This document shows, one piece after another, positions 10,614 to 21,094 of a stretch of 64,000 bases of DNA. Below the pieces are notes generated by a model. It saw only the letters and a list, made by a program, of their open reading frames with translations. It ran no database searches and was not told where the DNA came from. This DNA is from a virus. A program made the translations under genes and the position numbers. How positions within the stretch are numbered: position 1 is the stretch's first letter; the number at the start of each line of letters is the position of its first letter. The stretch lies in the IMG/VR virus record IMGVR_UViG_3300016476_001289. One strand, given 5' to 3'.

Positions 10614-11186
10614 TTACCAATGACCACCTGTTTTTATAAATTGTTCTTTAGGACATTGTGAATAGACTAATGATATTGCCATTGTTTCTAAGGTGAAGAA
10701 ATCTTCTTTAAAGATACCACTAATTTTCTCTTTCCTGTCTATCACATCAAGAGCATACTTCCTACTTTGTCTATTACATCTATTACCACTATTATAATGA
10801 CATAAATGTGTATCCTCTACCCCCCAAACATTATTTATCATTTTTAAATGATCTACGGCTACCATACCTGCTAGAATATGATCTGTAAATTCATGACACT
10901 TGTATTCAGTAAATTTAGGGATAGCTTGAAATAAACCACAAGCTCCTTTACGACTGATAATAGACTCACCTCGTTCTTTAGTGTAGGTAAATCTTGTTTC
11001 AACATAAGCAACAGCGATAAGAGTTTGTACAAGTTCAATATCATACATAGTGGGATATTGAGCATTGTAGCTTATACCAATAGCAATAGGTTTAATTTTA
11101 CAGATAGAGTCTTTAGTTAAGAGTTTCTCTAAAGGAATCTCTTCACTGAGTAATAAAAGCATAGCCCATATGACCTTATAAATCAT
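10614..11186 (-). CDS. lytic transglycosylase (SLT/lysozyme-like fold)
   Basis: AVAYVETRF (catalytic Glu), SRKGACGLFQ and HYNSG motifs; hydrophobic N-terminus. Confidence 0.7.
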   Translation of the reverse strand: MIYKVIWAMLLLLSEEIPLEKLLTKDSICKIKPIAIGISYNAQYPTMYDIELVQTLIAVAYVETRFTYTKERGESIISRKGACGLFQAIPKFTEYKCHEFTDHILAGMVAVDHLKMINNVWGVEDTHLCHYNSGNRCNRQSRKYALDVIDRKEKISGIFKEDFFTLETMAISLVYSQCPKEQFIKTGGHW

Positions 11187-11285
11187 TATTCATCTCCTAT
11201 GTGTGATAAGGCATATCTCTTTTTATAGTATTAGATTTATATTTAGGTATATTATATACACATATATAACAAAGGATTTAAAGTT

Positions 11286-12482
11286 ATGAGCTATCGTAGG
11301 CAGTCCATTATTGTCCAAGAACAAGTCCCACAGCAACAAAAAAGAGCTACTGTTTTAGCTAAACCCCCCGTTCAAGAACAACCAAGTTATTTTGATATGA
11401 TGGAAGAAGCCTTATTACAAACCATTAGAAGTAGTTCAATGGCTTTACTTGATTTATATAAAAGAAGGGGTCAAGCTCAACAAGAACAAACTAAGTATCT
11501 ACCTCCTCCACCTAAATATTTACCTCCCCCACCTGTAATGACTTTGCCACCACAACCTATACAAAGAGCATTACCTACTATACAACCACCTAAAGCCCCA
11601 AGAGTATTACAACCTACTCCACCTAAAGCCCCTATTCCTGCTAAAATATCTTTAGATAATGCTAAACTAGAAAGCATAGCTAATAAAATTCTTAATGATG
11701 TAGATGACCTATTAGATGAGGATTTTGTTTTAATTGAAGTTCTAAATCAATCTCATACATGGAACTCACTTAGGGATAAACTTAACACAGAATCTTTAAA
11801 AGCTCTTGTTAAATGTATCAACTTAAAAATAGAGTCTATGTTTGAAGAGGTGGAATCCCCCCAAGAAGAAGTCAATGTGATTGAAAGTATTCTTAATGAT
11901 GTTTTTGCTATTTTCAAAAATACTAAACAAGCCATTGCTAATCCTCAAATGTTTGTTCAACTCTTAGATAAAACAGCTAAGTGGAATAAACTAGGTTCAC
12001 CTCAAAAGAAAGAAATTCTTAAACCTTTATATAATCAGTTCAATTCTCGTAAAGCTGATTTTATGAGAGATGTCTATCCCGTTGCTAAACCATCTGGATC
12101 TATGTCTACAGGTTCACCTACAAATAAAAATGATGGTAGTGATAAAGGTAGGGGCGTTCAAGAATTAGGCGAACCTAGTCAATATTCACCCGTTCATAGT
12201 TATGGGGTAAGTAATTTAGATAAATCCGATGCCTATGGTCGCACACCTGCTAATAATATGAACAACATTAGAGAAGTTCAAAATGCTCCTGGTAGTTCAA
12301 GAGTTATCCCTCAAAATAGTGGCTTTGTAAATAATGCTTCCACAGATAAATCTAGTCGTGTGTCCCAACTAAGAGAAGCTATTCTTAATGATGATATAGA
12401 TGATGATATGGATGACCTCTATCTCAGTGATGAAGATGATAATGTCTATGATGATGAAGATGATGGTGGGAATGAAGAATAA
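11286..12482 (+). CDS. Pro/Gln-rich protein with acidic tail
   Basis: 398 aa, KYLPPPP repeated twice, D/E-rich C-terminus. Confidence 0.6.
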   Translation: MSYRRQSIIVQEQVPQQQKRATVLAKPPVQEQPSYFDMMEEALLQTIRSSSMALLDLYKRRGQAQQEQTKYLPPPPKYLPPPPVMTLPPQPIQRALPTIQPPKAPRVLQPTPPKAPIPAKISLDNAKLESIANKILNDVDDLLDEDFVLIEVLNQSHTWNSLRDKLNTESLKALVKCINLKIESMFEEVESPQEEVNVIESILNDVFAIFKNTKQAIANPQMFVQLLDKTAKWNKLGSPQKKEILKPLYNQFNSRKADFMRDVYPVAKPSGSMSTGSPTNKNDGSDKGRGVQELGEPSQYSPVHSYGVSNLDKSDAYGRTPANNMNNIREVQNAPGSSRVIPQNSGFVNNASTDKSSRVSQLREAILNDDIDDDMDDLYLSDEDDNVYDDEDDGGNEE

Positions 12483-12712
12483 TGATTTATGCTCTATATA
12501 ATTCATCAAATAGCATACATGACAATTTACAGGATGTAAGAATTACATCACATGGGAATTTAAAATATAGTGTAAAGAATCAAGTCTTTATTAAAAACTA
12601 TATTGATATTTATAAGGACACTAGCCATAGAAGAGCCATAGGTCTATTCTGTGCAAGAACTCTAATCGCTAGTAAATGGAATATTAGTTCTAATGTATAT
12701 TTATCACCCTAA
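12482..12712 (+). CDS. family B small protein
   Basis: C-terminal RRAIGLFCARTLIASKWNISSNVYL matches the 57.5-59 kb array. Confidence 0.65.
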   Translation: MIYALYNSSNSIHDNLQDVRITSHGNLKYSVKNQVFIKNYIDIYKDTSHRRAIGLFCARTLIASKWNISSNVYLSP

Positions 12713-13129
12713 AGATAAATCCCACCCTTTTCTTATTGACCCCATAATATTATCACAGATACTATACATATCGGATGAACTTGATTCTTTATTGATAAAA
12801 CAATAAACTACTAAAACTTCAAATTTAGGCTTCATGTAAATATGAAAATTATCTACTATCTCATACATATCCCTATTCGCATCATAATAATAGACTCTTA
12901 AATTAAAGTCTTTATTTCCTAGTGTAAAATCCACTTTCACCTTAGTCGTCCCATTTTCTATATAGAAGGCATCTCCCTTTTTAACAAAATTAAACTCCCC
13001 TAATAAACTATCAAACAATTTAGCTAAGGTAGGTAATTGATAATCCCAATATATATCCTTATTTATCACCCTCTTGCCTTTTACCATTTTTGTATATGTT
13101 TTACTCATAACAATCCCCCCTTTACACAC
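12704..13129 (-). CDS. family A protein
   Basis: N-terminal YTKMVKGKRV, C-terminal IMGSIRKGW; start probably 13108. Confidence 0.6.
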   Translation of the reverse strand: MCKGGIVMSKTYTKMVKGKRVINKDIYWDYQLPTLAKLFDSLLGEFNFVKKGDAFYIENGTTKVKVDFTLGNKDFNLRVYYYDANRDMYEIVDNFHIYMKPKFEVLVVYCFINKESSSSDMYSICDNIMGSIRKGWDLSLG

Positions 13130-13551
13130 TTAACTGAGATATACCAAGCTTTTCTTACATCTTCTAAAATACGATTGAACATACCACTAATATCTGCCTT
13201 TAAGTTTTCCATATCATCCCCATATCTATGAAAACTATATTTATCACCTTCATCGGTATATTGATGAACTGCCATATATTTACAGGATTCTACCTTAGCC
13301 CCATTTAAAGACTCATACCATATTGAGATATGGTAATCCAAATCTAATAACACACAGACTACTTCAACATAAGGTGATTGACCCATACGATAATATTTCC
13401 ATTGATCTTTGGATATGTTCGCATCTAGTTTAAAACCTGATTCAATTAAGACTTCTTCAAAGATGTCTGCCATCTTATATAAATCCCCTTCCCATTCTAT
13501 CCCCTCTACAATATCTCTTAATCCTAAACCATTGATTCTAGTGTATTTCAT
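13105..13551 (-). CDS. family A protein
   Basis: MKYTRI...FNRILEDVRKAW. Confidence 0.6.
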   Translation of the reverse strand: MKYTRINGLGLRDIVEGIEWEGDLYKMADIFEEVLIESGFKLDANISKDQWKYYRMGQSPYVEVVCVLLDLDYHISIWYESLNGAKVESCKYMAVHQYTDEGDKYSFHRYGDDMENLKADISGMFNRILEDVRKAWYISVKCVKGGLL

Positions 13552-13552
13552 T

Positions 13553-14521
13553 TTATTTTCCTCTAAGGTGTTTCTTTACAATATGCTCACTACATCTATA
13601 TGTTTTTGCCAAGTCTTTAGTGGTCAATAAACCCTGTTTAAAGGCTTCTATATCACTAGCATTTATTTCAACTTCTCTATTGCCATATTTATACATAGCC
13701 ATTCTCACCGTAGATAAACTACAACCTAGTTCCTGAGCAATATCTTTAAAATCTCTATGTTGGTTTTCTTCACAAAACTCTTTTGTGAGGTTAAAGAGTT
13801 TTTTCTTACTGAGTCCTAATTGTTTAGCTCTTCTTAAAACTGAGATAGGGTGAACATTATGTTTATCTGCAATTTGTTCATAGGTGAGATTAGGGTAATC
13901 CTCAATTAAGACATCATCTTTTAATTTGGTTCTTGGTCCTGCCTTAGTATCTAAACCATAATGAGAAAGTAGGTGGCGAATATGATAAACAGTAGTAGCA
14001 TATTTAGAAGCAATATCACTTATAGACAAGTCTTTATAAAGAGATATGAGTTCATCTTTAGATAGGATAATCTCATAGACTTTTTTTCTATTGCCACGAC
14101 CTCTTAAAGGAATATTAAATCTATATAGCCAATTAAAAACAGCTTGACTTGATACATTATACATTTTAGCAATTTGACTACCTGTGTAGGTAGGATACAG
14201 ACTTTGTAATTCTTCTTTAGTGATTTTTAAGGTGACAACACTTTCAATTTTAGGGATTGGGATATTATGCAATTTACATAATTGATAAGTCCTAGCTAGG
14301 CTATAACCAATAGCGTCAGCTACTTTTTTAATGTCTTGTTTTTCTTGGATAAGTTTTTCAATCTCTTCTTTAGAGTCAATTTTCACCTGATTTAGATTAT
14401 AGTCTTTGAGAAGAGAATAGATTTTACTTGGGCTAACTTTTAAGTTCTTAGCCATTTTCTTAACATCGCCATTAAATCTATTTAATGCTTTAACTACTTT
14501 ATCTTGTGGTATGTATTTCAT
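13553..14521 (-). CDS. tandem multi-HTH DNA-binding protein
   Basis: About 7 repeats of KEEL..LY..L...IA..Y/L.VS...V...L..Y.I. Confidence 0.7.
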   Translation of the reverse strand: MKYIPQDKVVKALNRFNGDVKKMAKNLKVSPSKIYSLLKDYNLNQVKIDSKEEIEKLIQEKQDIKKVADAIGYSLARTYQLCKLHNIPIPKIESVVTLKITKEELQSLYPTYTGSQIAKMYNVSSQAVFNWLYRFNIPLRGRGNRKKVYEIILSKDELISLYKDLSISDIASKYATTVYHIRHLLSHYGLDTKAGPRTKLKDDVLIEDYPNLTYEQIADKHNVHPISVLRRAKQLGLSKKKLFNLTKEFCEENQHRDFKDIAQELGCSLSTVRMAMYKYGNREVEINASDIEAFKQGLLTTKDLAKTYRCSEHIVKKHLRGK

Positions 14522-14605
14522 AATGACATATCTTTCTTTTGTTTGTGTTTCTTTAGCAAGAAATCTAAATAGACTTCTACCGAGCCAACCCTATAAAAAC
14601 CCCCA

Positions 14606-15427
14606 TTAACTAGCTTTCCTAGTCTTTTTCACCTTAACTTCACTCACCTTAACTTCTTCAACCTTAGCAACAGGATTAAAATCTTTTCTCTCAGTTTCAT
14701 CACCTGCCACAACTTCCTCTAACTTAGCAACAGGATTAAATGCTTTTCTTGATACCTTCTCAATCGTCTTAGGTTCTCTTATAGGAATAAAACGATGACG
14801 GCTTAAAATCCCTGCTATCTTGCTCCCCTTAACAGCTATCACTTCTTCATCTTGTTTTAATCTATCACTAGCTGACTTAAAAGCAAAATTAGTAAAGTCA
14901 TTTTTTACTGCTAGTAAAACAATCTCTTTATCATCTTTAAATGAGTGTAGATATTTTAAAACACTACCTTCTTTTTTCACCAACTCAATCGCTATTGATC
15001 TATCTTCTTTAAAAGATTCATGTGCATAGAATATAGCACAGGGATCTTTTTCTATTGCCTTCTTTACGATAGCTTTATCTTGTTTAAGCTTATCATCAAT
15101 AAAGCTTATCAACCACCCATTACAAGTATCTAATAGCTCTAAAATGAATTTCTTATCTGATCTTAATTTAGAATCGGCATGAGATAAAGCATAACAATTT
15201 TGTTTAACTGCTAAGGTTATCACTTCTTTATCTGATTTTAATTTAGGGTTCGCATACTCTAAATTATTGCCATCCTTAGCTACTTGCTTTAAGACAACTT
15301 CTTTATCTGACCAATCAATTTTAGATTGAGTCTTTTCAATCTCTTGCTCAATCTCTTGTTCTTCTACTTGCTCAATAGCAACTTGCTCAACAACTTCTAC
15401 TTGCTCTACTGCTTTTTTCCTTGCCAT
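14606..15427 (-). CDS. DUF4116-repeat protein
   Basis: DKEVVLKQVAKDGNNLEYANPKLKSDKEV-type repeats; SD agagga favours the MARKK start. Confidence 0.7.
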   Translation of the reverse strand: MARKKAVEQVEVVEQVAIEQVEEQEIEQEIEKTQSKIDWSDKEVVLKQVAKDGNNLEYANPKLKSDKEVITLAVKQNCYALSHADSKLRSDKKFILELLDTCNGWLISFIDDKLKQDKAIVKKAIEKDPCAIFYAHESFKEDRSIAIELVKKEGSVLKYLHSFKDDKEIVLLAVKNDFTNFAFKSASDRLKQDEEVIAVKGSKIAGILSRHRFIPIREPKTIEKVSRKAFNPVAKLEEVVAGDETERKDFNPVAKVEEVKVSEVKVKKTRKAS

Positions 15428-15467
15428 TTTGTCCTCTTTCTTGTGTTGTGTTAGTATGTTTGTATCA

Positions 15468-15496
15468 TGTATAACTAATCTATGACTTATTGTCAA
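15468..15496 (-). promoter_or_regulatory. sigma70-like promoter
   Basis: TTGACA-17 nt-TATACA on the minus strand; same downstream leader (tacaaacatactaac) as the 22789 promoter. Confidence 0.55.
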
Positions 15497-15511
15497 GTAG
15501 TTTTTGTAGGA

Positions 15512-15859
15512 TTACGCATTTATTAAAGTCTTATTAGGTGAAGGGTAGTTATCATAATACTCTTTCAATATTAGATACTTCTCTTCATCTATCTGAAGTT
15601 TCTCTAATGCCATCTTCTCTTTTTTCTTTTGGTAATATATTTTTGCTTTCTCATTCCTAGAATCTCTATTCTTTTCTCTATATATCTTACCAGTTTCTAG
15701 TATCTTCTCTTTATTCGCTTCATAATAAATCCTAGCCTTTTCAGCTAAAACTTCTTTATTCTCTTTCCTCCTCTTCCTTTGAGCTTCTGCTCTTTTTTCC
15801 TTATTCTTTTCTGCATACTCTTTCATATATGTAGCTTTGTCTTTGTTCTTATATCCCAT
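15512..15859 (-). CDS. basic low-complexity helical-repeat protein
   Basis: YYEANKEKILE-type repeats. Confidence 0.5.
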   Translation of the reverse strand: MGYKNKDKATYMKEYAEKNKEKRAEAQRKRRKENKEVLAEKARIYYEANKEKILETGKIYREKNRDSRNEKAKIYYQKKKEKMALEKLQIDEEKYLILKEYYDNYPSPNKTLINA

Positions 15860-16142
15860 TAAGTATTTCTCCTTTTTTGTGTCTTTTGTAAGAGTTTTTA
15901 AATAAACCTATTTGTTTATCCGTCAATAGCTCACCTTCAGATACGAGTAAGCTTAAGTTAAATGCTAATTCTCTGACTTTCTCATCACTAGCATTCTCAT
16001 ATAACTCTTTAGCTTGAGATAAAAAATCAAAGTCTTTAAAACAATGTCTTTCTAAATTTCTCATAGGATATTCAAAATGAGTTAAGACAGAATAATAATC
16101 ACATTCTAATTTTTGATACGCTATCATTTTATCACCACCCAT
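15849..16142 (-). CDS. hypothetical protein (LTDKQ motif)
   Basis: SLLVSEGELLTDKQ resembles the motif in 33557, 61939 and 43925. Confidence 0.5.
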   Translation of the reverse strand: MGGDKMIAYQKLECDYYSVLTHFEYPMRNLERHCFKDFDFLSQAKELYENASDEKVRELAFNLSLLVSEGELLTDKQIGLFKNSYKRHKKGEILNGI

Positions 16143-16453
16143 ATATTACTAGGATCAATAGCTTTCCAGTATCTTTGCTTAGGATGTTCTTTATCTGATT
16201 TTTGTCCTATAAACTTCCACCCATTGCTCACCCTACTTCCTAAGGGCGTTCTAGTGAATTGCTCCACTATTTCCCATTCATAATAACTTGTCCCCAAGTC
16301 ATATATAATCTTATTGTCATCACCTGAAAATTGATCTAATCTATATTCAGTCGATAACATACCATAGACAAATTTACATACTTCAATTTGTAAATCGAAG
16401 TTATCAAAATTCTCATATACATTTAATTGTTTTGCTATATCGTTTAATCTCAT
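16124..16453 (-). CDS. hypothetical protein
   Basis: 109-aa ORF in a packed operon. Confidence 0.55.
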   Translation of the reverse strand: MRLNDIAKQLNVYENFDNFDLQIEVCKFVYGMLSTEYRLDQFSGDDNKIIYDLGTSYYEWEIVEQFTRTPLGSRVSNGWKFIGQKSDKEHPKQRYWKAIDPSNIWVVIK

Positions 16454-16458
16454 AATGC

Positions 16459-16899
16459 TTAATCCTTATAAATAATGTTGTGTTTGATTTTACAAAAATC
16501 CTCTAATAACCATCCCTCATTCCTATACTTCCAAGAGATAACTACTTCTCTACCCTGATAGGTGGGGCAAGTAAATTTAACATATCCATCATGCCTTCTT
16601 AAAACAAGATTGTAATCTTTATGCACATTGTAAATTGTAATAGGATTACCTTCATCATCTATAATAGGATTCCCATCAACATCTTCTTCATCTATTTGAA
16701 TTAAATCATCACCTTCTTTTTGAATGATGGCATTTTTAGATTCTACTTTAAAATCTTGATTGGGGAAGTTGTTATTGAATTGAATTAAGAATCTGTTGTT
16801 TTCCATTTGAGTCAATTCAATATCTGCCATTAAGCAATATTCTTCAAAAGCATCTACTCTAATTTGTAGATCAACGCTATTAGTGTGTTTATTAAACAT
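16459..16899 (-). CDS. hypothetical protein
   Basis: 146-aa ORF with internal DGNPI/EGNPI repeat. Confidence 0.55.
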   Translation of the reverse strand: MFNKHTNSVDLQIRVDAFEEYCLMADIELTQMENNRFLIQFNNNFPNQDFKVESKNAIIQKEGDDLIQIDEEDVDGNPIIDDEGNPITIYNVHKDYNLVLRRHDGYVKFTCPTYQGREVVISWKYRNEGWLLEDFCKIKHNIIYKD

Positions 16900-16902
16900 A
16901 GA

Positions 16903-17439
16903 TTAAACTCCTTCTGTGAATTGTTGAATGTTATCAATTTTGTATGTTTTAAGTTTCTCAGTTTCTAGCTTATAATTTTTCTTAATCACATTCTTTAATT
17001 GAACGATGATTCCACTAGTGCTAGGTTTATAAGGTGTGGGGTTCGCATCTTTTACTAGAATCTCTTCACTTACGATTATCCCAGTGATATAATTATCACC
17101 TGTCTTTTTAGATATTTTAATGTAAGGTAAGCTAGGGTGCTTGTCATATTGAGAATCCGTTGAATCAGGATTGCTACCATTTAAAGATTGCTCCATACCT
17201 ACCACTAAACCTTTTCTACCATAGACTTGACCATACATGGCATCATTTAAATCTTGGTCGGTGAAGGTTAATCCCTTAGATTGACAAAGTGCTTTACATT
17301 GATCAAAGGGAATTGATTTTAGTGTATTAATATCATTAGCTAACATTGACTTGTAATCAAAATCTACAATGAGTTTTACATTAACAATGTCTTTGCTGTT
17401 GCCTTGTTTTTGTGTTTGAAAAGATATAAGTTTTAACAT
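16903..17439 (-). CDS. hypothetical protein
   Basis: 178-aa ORF with SD aagga. Confidence 0.6.
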   Translation of the reverse strand: MLKLISFQTQKQGNSKDIVNVKLIVDFDYKSMLANDINTLKSIPFDQCKALCQSKGLTFTDQDLNDAMYGQVYGRKGLVVGMEQSLNGSNPDSTDSQYDKHPSLPYIKISKKTGDNYITGIIVSEEILVKDANPTPYKPSTSGIIVQLKNVIKKNYKLETEKLKTYKIDNIQQFTEGV

Positions 17440-17445
17440 AATTTT

Positions 17446-17760
17446 TTAATCCTTGTTTTGAGAAAACCATAATAATGTGTTGGGTTCATTGTTTCTTAAT
17501 CCAAATCCTAAAAGCTTTTCAGCTTCACTTTTGTTTTTAGTGTTTAGGTATTTAGCAAATTTATCTCTTATTGCTTCCCATTTATAGCAATCACCACCAG
17601 TGAATATCACTGCTAAGGTGTGCTTACATGGAACTTCTCTTTTAATGCACGAAGTTTTGAAGTGGATACAAGAGCATGAAAAATATTGCTGACCATATTC
17701 ATCTAAAAAACCTTTAACGACATAAGTCTTTACAGGTGTGGTGAAAATTAAGTTTTTCAT
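17446..17760 (-). CDS. SWIM zinc-finger protein
   Basis: CSC...CKH pattern (FSCSCIHF...PCKHTLAV). Confidence 0.7.
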   Translation of the reverse strand: MKNLIFTTPVKTYVVKGFLDEYGQQYFSCSCIHFKTSCIKREVPCKHTLAVIFTGGDCYKWEAIRDKFAKYLNTKNKSEAEKLLGFGLRNNEPNTLLWFSQNKD

Positions 17761-18483
17761 TTAAATGCCTTTCTTTGCTAGGAATTTGAAAATTGTTTTA
17801 TGAAGTTTCTTTGCTAGTTTTTCTTTTTCTTTGTTATTTAAAGAAACTGACATACCATTAGCATTACGAATTTCAATCTCAATAACTTCGGTTTCTTCAC
17901 CTTCATCAAGGGGTTCGCAATCATCATCACTAATTAGCAAAGTTTTTAGTGCAGGGTCTATTTTTGCTAGTTCTAATTCATGTGAATAGCTAAGAACATT
18001 TGCATAATTGATAGCTTCACTAAATTGTCTTTCAATTAAATGAATTAGATCTTTGCTATAACCATTAAGAGAAAGTGCGAGTATCCAATTAGATAAAGTG
18101 CCTTCAAGGTAATTGTTAAAAATCATTGTTTCATGTTGAAGTTTTTCTAATGAATCACTTTCTAAAACTCTAAAAATGTGGTGCTTTGCAAATTCACTTT
18201 GTTCAATCGCAAGTTCAGGTGATAGATCTAAAAGACATTGAGCTTTAAAATCTAACCTACTAGCAATAGTAGTAAAATCAAGGGTACGATTTAAATCTAC
18301 AAAAATTTGTGGATGTTCTACACTTGCGATAAGATCAAGTAGTCGTGTTGTCATAGGTTTTTCTTCCTCTTTTTGTGAAAGGTCGATTGTGTTTTGAGCC
18401 ATTTTTGTTGTGAGAATTACCATAGGTTTTTCCTCTTGTGTTGTAGGTTGTGTGTTGTTTTGTGTATAGATCGAGATAATCAT
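17761..18483 (-). CDS. hypothetical protein with three in-frame SD+ATG starts
   Basis: First gene of the left arm of the 18.5-kb element; ATGs at 18483, 18423 and 18354. Confidence 0.6.
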   Translation of the reverse strand: MIISIYTQNNTQPTTQEEKPMVILTTKMAQNTIDLSQKEEEKPMTTRLLDLIASVEHPQIFVDLNRTLDFTTIASRLDFKAQCLLDLSPELAIEQSEFAKHHIFRVLESDSLEKLQHETMIFNNYLEGTLSNWILALSLNGYSKDLIHLIERQFSEAINYANVLSYSHELELAKIDPALKTLLISDDDCEPLDEGEETEVIEIEIRNANGMSVSLNNKEKEKLAKKLHKTIFKFLAKKGI

Positions 18484-18973
18484 AGGTGTTAATCCTTTGT
18501 GTAGTGTTTTGATTCTCTATGCTTAACCTATGTTTTGAATGGTTTTTTTCAACGATTTTAAAAAGTTTAGATATTTTGATAACTTAGAAGTGCGCCCTGC
18601 GGCGCATAATATGTAGAAATCTAGGCTCGGATATTATGTAGAAATCTACTTATATATATATACATATATAGGGGGTCCGCATCTCACCCATTAGTGTATT
18701 CTTAATAGGTAAATATAGACAAATATAAGCAATTTTAATTTTAGAAAGAGGGTAGATGCGGACCCATCACCAGACCCCTATATAGCCCTAGATTTCTACA
18801 TTTTATCTGAGAGTAGATTTCTACATTTTATCGGGTGGGGCGAAAAAATCAAATATTTGAAATATCTAAGCTTTTTTTTTGCGTTGAAAAAACAAGCTTA
18901 AAACATAGGAAAAGCATGAGAATGAAAAATGAAAATTCTCTTAACATAGCAATTTAAATGAAAGGATTATGCT
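18484..18973. promoter_or_regulatory. divergent M1/M2/IHF-box element
   Basis: M1 at 18611 and 18636; M2 at about 18673 and inverted at about 18755; inverted M1 at 18789 and 18814; AAAACATA boxes at 18529 (-) and 18900 (+). Confidence 0.85.
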
Positions 18974-19192
18974 ATGAAATTCAATTTAGAAAAACACATG
19001 AATGAATATGTCGCAAATGATCAAGCTTTTAGAGATAGTGAAAATCTCAAAAGAGCAGGATTTAAGCAAATCAACGCACATCAATTCATCAACGCCCATC
19101 GTTTAATCACAATCAAAGCAAGTATGTATTTACTCAAAGATTTGAAAAACGACTTCACCTTAACCTTAACCTCAATAGAAGGGATCAAATAA
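18974..19192 (+). CDS. hypothetical early-type protein
   Basis: First ORF after the right arm, SD aaagga. Confidence 0.6.
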   Translation: MKFNLEKHMNEYVANDQAFRDSENLKRAGFKQINAHQFINAHRLITIKASMYLLKDLKNDFTLTLTSIEGIK

Positions 19193-19273
19193 TGCTATTT
19201 ACTTCAATACTAGTAATTATTTTCTTTGCTTTCATCATTTAACCTAACCTACTTCCCATAAGGATAAAAACCT

Positions 19274-19657
19274 ATGAAAAACATTTTCAATGCTATTAAG
19301 CACAATTTTTGGTGTGGTGAGATTTACTCCCACGATTTAAACGACAAAGGTAGTCGTGTTGTCTTTTCAAAGTATCAAGATGGTAGAAAAGATGACACTG
19401 ACCATATTGTTATGTGTCTTTATGATGCGGATGTCCTACATGAGATAGCAATTAGCTATGAATCACTCTTAACAAAGAAAAAGAATCGTATAGAAATTAG
19501 TATGTTTGGACATTCAAATATATGTGTAGAAAATAATGGTAATTACACATATTACACTGATGTGAATGAATGTGCAAAAGCAGTGTGCCATCAAATTACA
19601 ACCTTTTTAGTAGATGAATTTCACAACCACCACAACATAAAAGTTGAAAGGATTTAA
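19274..19657 (+). CDS. hypothetical protein
   Basis: SD aagga plus acctATG start context. Confidence 0.6.
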   Translation: MKNIFNAIKHNFWCGEIYSHDLNDKGSRVVFSKYQDGRKDDTDHIVMCLYDADVLHEIAISYESLLTKKKNRIEISMFGHSNICVENNGNYTYYTDVNECAKAVCHQITTFLVDEFHNHHNIKVERI

Positions 19658-19662
19658 AACCT

Positions 19663-19920
19663 ATGAATCAAGTAAATAATTTCGTAAAACAAATTGATGA
19701 GAAAGTATTTAATAAATACAAAGATAATGATGCTGTAAATGTTCATCAACATGATGTTAAATACAATCAAGAAAATGACACCTACACTCTTATATTGTAT
19801 GTGTGGAAAGCTTTAAGAGATGAAGAATTTATTTCTATCGATTTAGGTAAACTTGTCAATGGCAAAATGACTAGAACTTTAGATCAAGTTTTTCAAGATA
19901 TTAAAAAGGCTGTAAAATAA
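19663..19920 (+). CDS. hypothetical protein
   Basis: SD aaagga plus acctATG. Confidence 0.6.
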   Translation: MNQVNNFVKQIDEKVFNKYKDNDAVNVHQHDVKYNQENDTYTLILYVWKALRDEEFISIDLGKLVNGKMTRTLDQVFQDIKKAVK

Positions 19921-20474
19921 TGAATGAAGTGAATGATGTAAAGAAAGAGATTTACTCTCTACTTGATACCTGCACAAATCACATTATTGCTTTTGAAGTA
20001 AGAGATGATTTGAGATATTTATCTCAATATGTTGCGAACCCATCTCTAGATTTTCTCAAAGGTCTAGCAAATAAACTTAAACAACACCAACCTAAAGGAT
20101 TAACACCTATGAATATGGATAACCTAAAAACATTAATTGATAATAATGTTGAATGGCGTTTAGTCGATTCTCATTACACTGATAAGCTTATGTATTTAAT
20201 TCTCTGTGTAAATGTTGAAGGTGAAGACATTGAAGTTAGTTTTACTTTAAAAGTAAAAGACAATGGCATTCAAACTGATGTTGAAATAACAAGATGTGAT
20301 GATGTGATTATTGTTGAAGGCAATGATGTGTTCTCTAAGAACGATGAAGAATTAGAAAATAGCATATATGATTGGCTTAAAACCCAAGTGCAATATGGAA
20401 TTGATGAAGTGATAAGCTATAATGCTTTAGGTGATGAAGAAGAGGATGAGGAAGAAGAAGAGATTGAAGAATAA
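19920..20474 (+). CDS. acidic protein; C-terminal part (from internal ATG 20109) paralogous to 21095..21412
   Basis: VEGNDVFSKNDEELE...WLKTQVQYG shared with 21095. Confidence 0.6.
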   Translation: MNEVNDVKKEIYSLLDTCTNHIIAFEVRDDLRYLSQYVANPSLDFLKGLANKLKQHQPKGLTPMNMDNLKTLIDNNVEWRLVDSHYTDKLMYLILCVNVEGEDIEVSFTLKVKDNGIQTDVEITRCDDVIIVEGNDVFSKNDEELENSIYDWLKTQVQYGIDEVISYNALGDEEEDEEEEEIEE

Positions 20475-20504
20475 TCCACCACTAAAAACTAAAACCACCA
20501 CTAA

Positions 20505-20590
20505 AAACAAAGGATTAACACCTATGAAAAACACTAACAAAGGATTTTCACCTATGAAAGACACTAACAAAGGATTAACACCTATGAAAA
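20505..20590 (+). repeat. 3 x 30-bp tandem repeat of an SD+ATG unit
   Basis: aacaaaggatt(aa/tt)cacctATGaaa with ATGs at 20524, 20554 and 20584. Confidence 0.85.
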
Positions 20591-21066
20591 AATTCACAAC
20601 ACTCAACCACAATATTGAGTTAGAGGTCTCTTATGAATCTCACAAACAACTTACCTTCAAAAAACTTACAAAGTTCTTTAAGGAAATTCAGTTTAACAAC
20701 AAAGTAGTCGTAGATAGTGAAACCACTCTTTTTCACCATTCTATGCCAATCGCTGAAGATGTTTATATCAATGTTCAACTTGATGAAGATTATATCGATT
20801 ATGAAGATCGTGAAAGTGAAAAGAATAAAAATCTTTATGTCATCTATGTTGGCTTCGATAAAATGGAAGTAGGTCCTGCCTTCATCATTCCTAAAGATGA
20901 TGAAAAAGAAGAATTGAAAAGACCCTTAACACTCTTAATTGAATCTCAAGACCCATCTCTTCAAAAGTATGATGATAAATATTCTATCATCACAGACACA
21001 AAAGACTTTTTAGATTTGATCTTAAGTCTAGTAAGAAAACAAATCAAATTGAGCATTAACAAATAA
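20524..21066 (+). CDS. hypothetical protein
   Basis: Real start at one of the three SD+ATG repeats rather than at 20431. Confidence 0.6.
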   Translation: MKNTNKGFSPMKDTNKGLTPMKKFTTLNHNIELEVSYESHKQLTFKKLTKFFKEIQFNNKVVVDSETTLFHHSMPIAEDVYINVQLDEDYIDYEDRESEKNKNLYVIYVGFDKMEVGPAFIIPKDDEKEELKRPLTLLIESQDPSLQKYDDKYSIITDTKDFLDLILSLVRKQIKLSINK

Positions 21067-21094
21067 CAATAAACTAAACAAGGATTAAACACCT

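Noticed and set aside
18484-18973. sigma54 promoters implied by the IHF boxes
   Set aside because: No TGGCAC-N5-TTGC at the expected position in any arm
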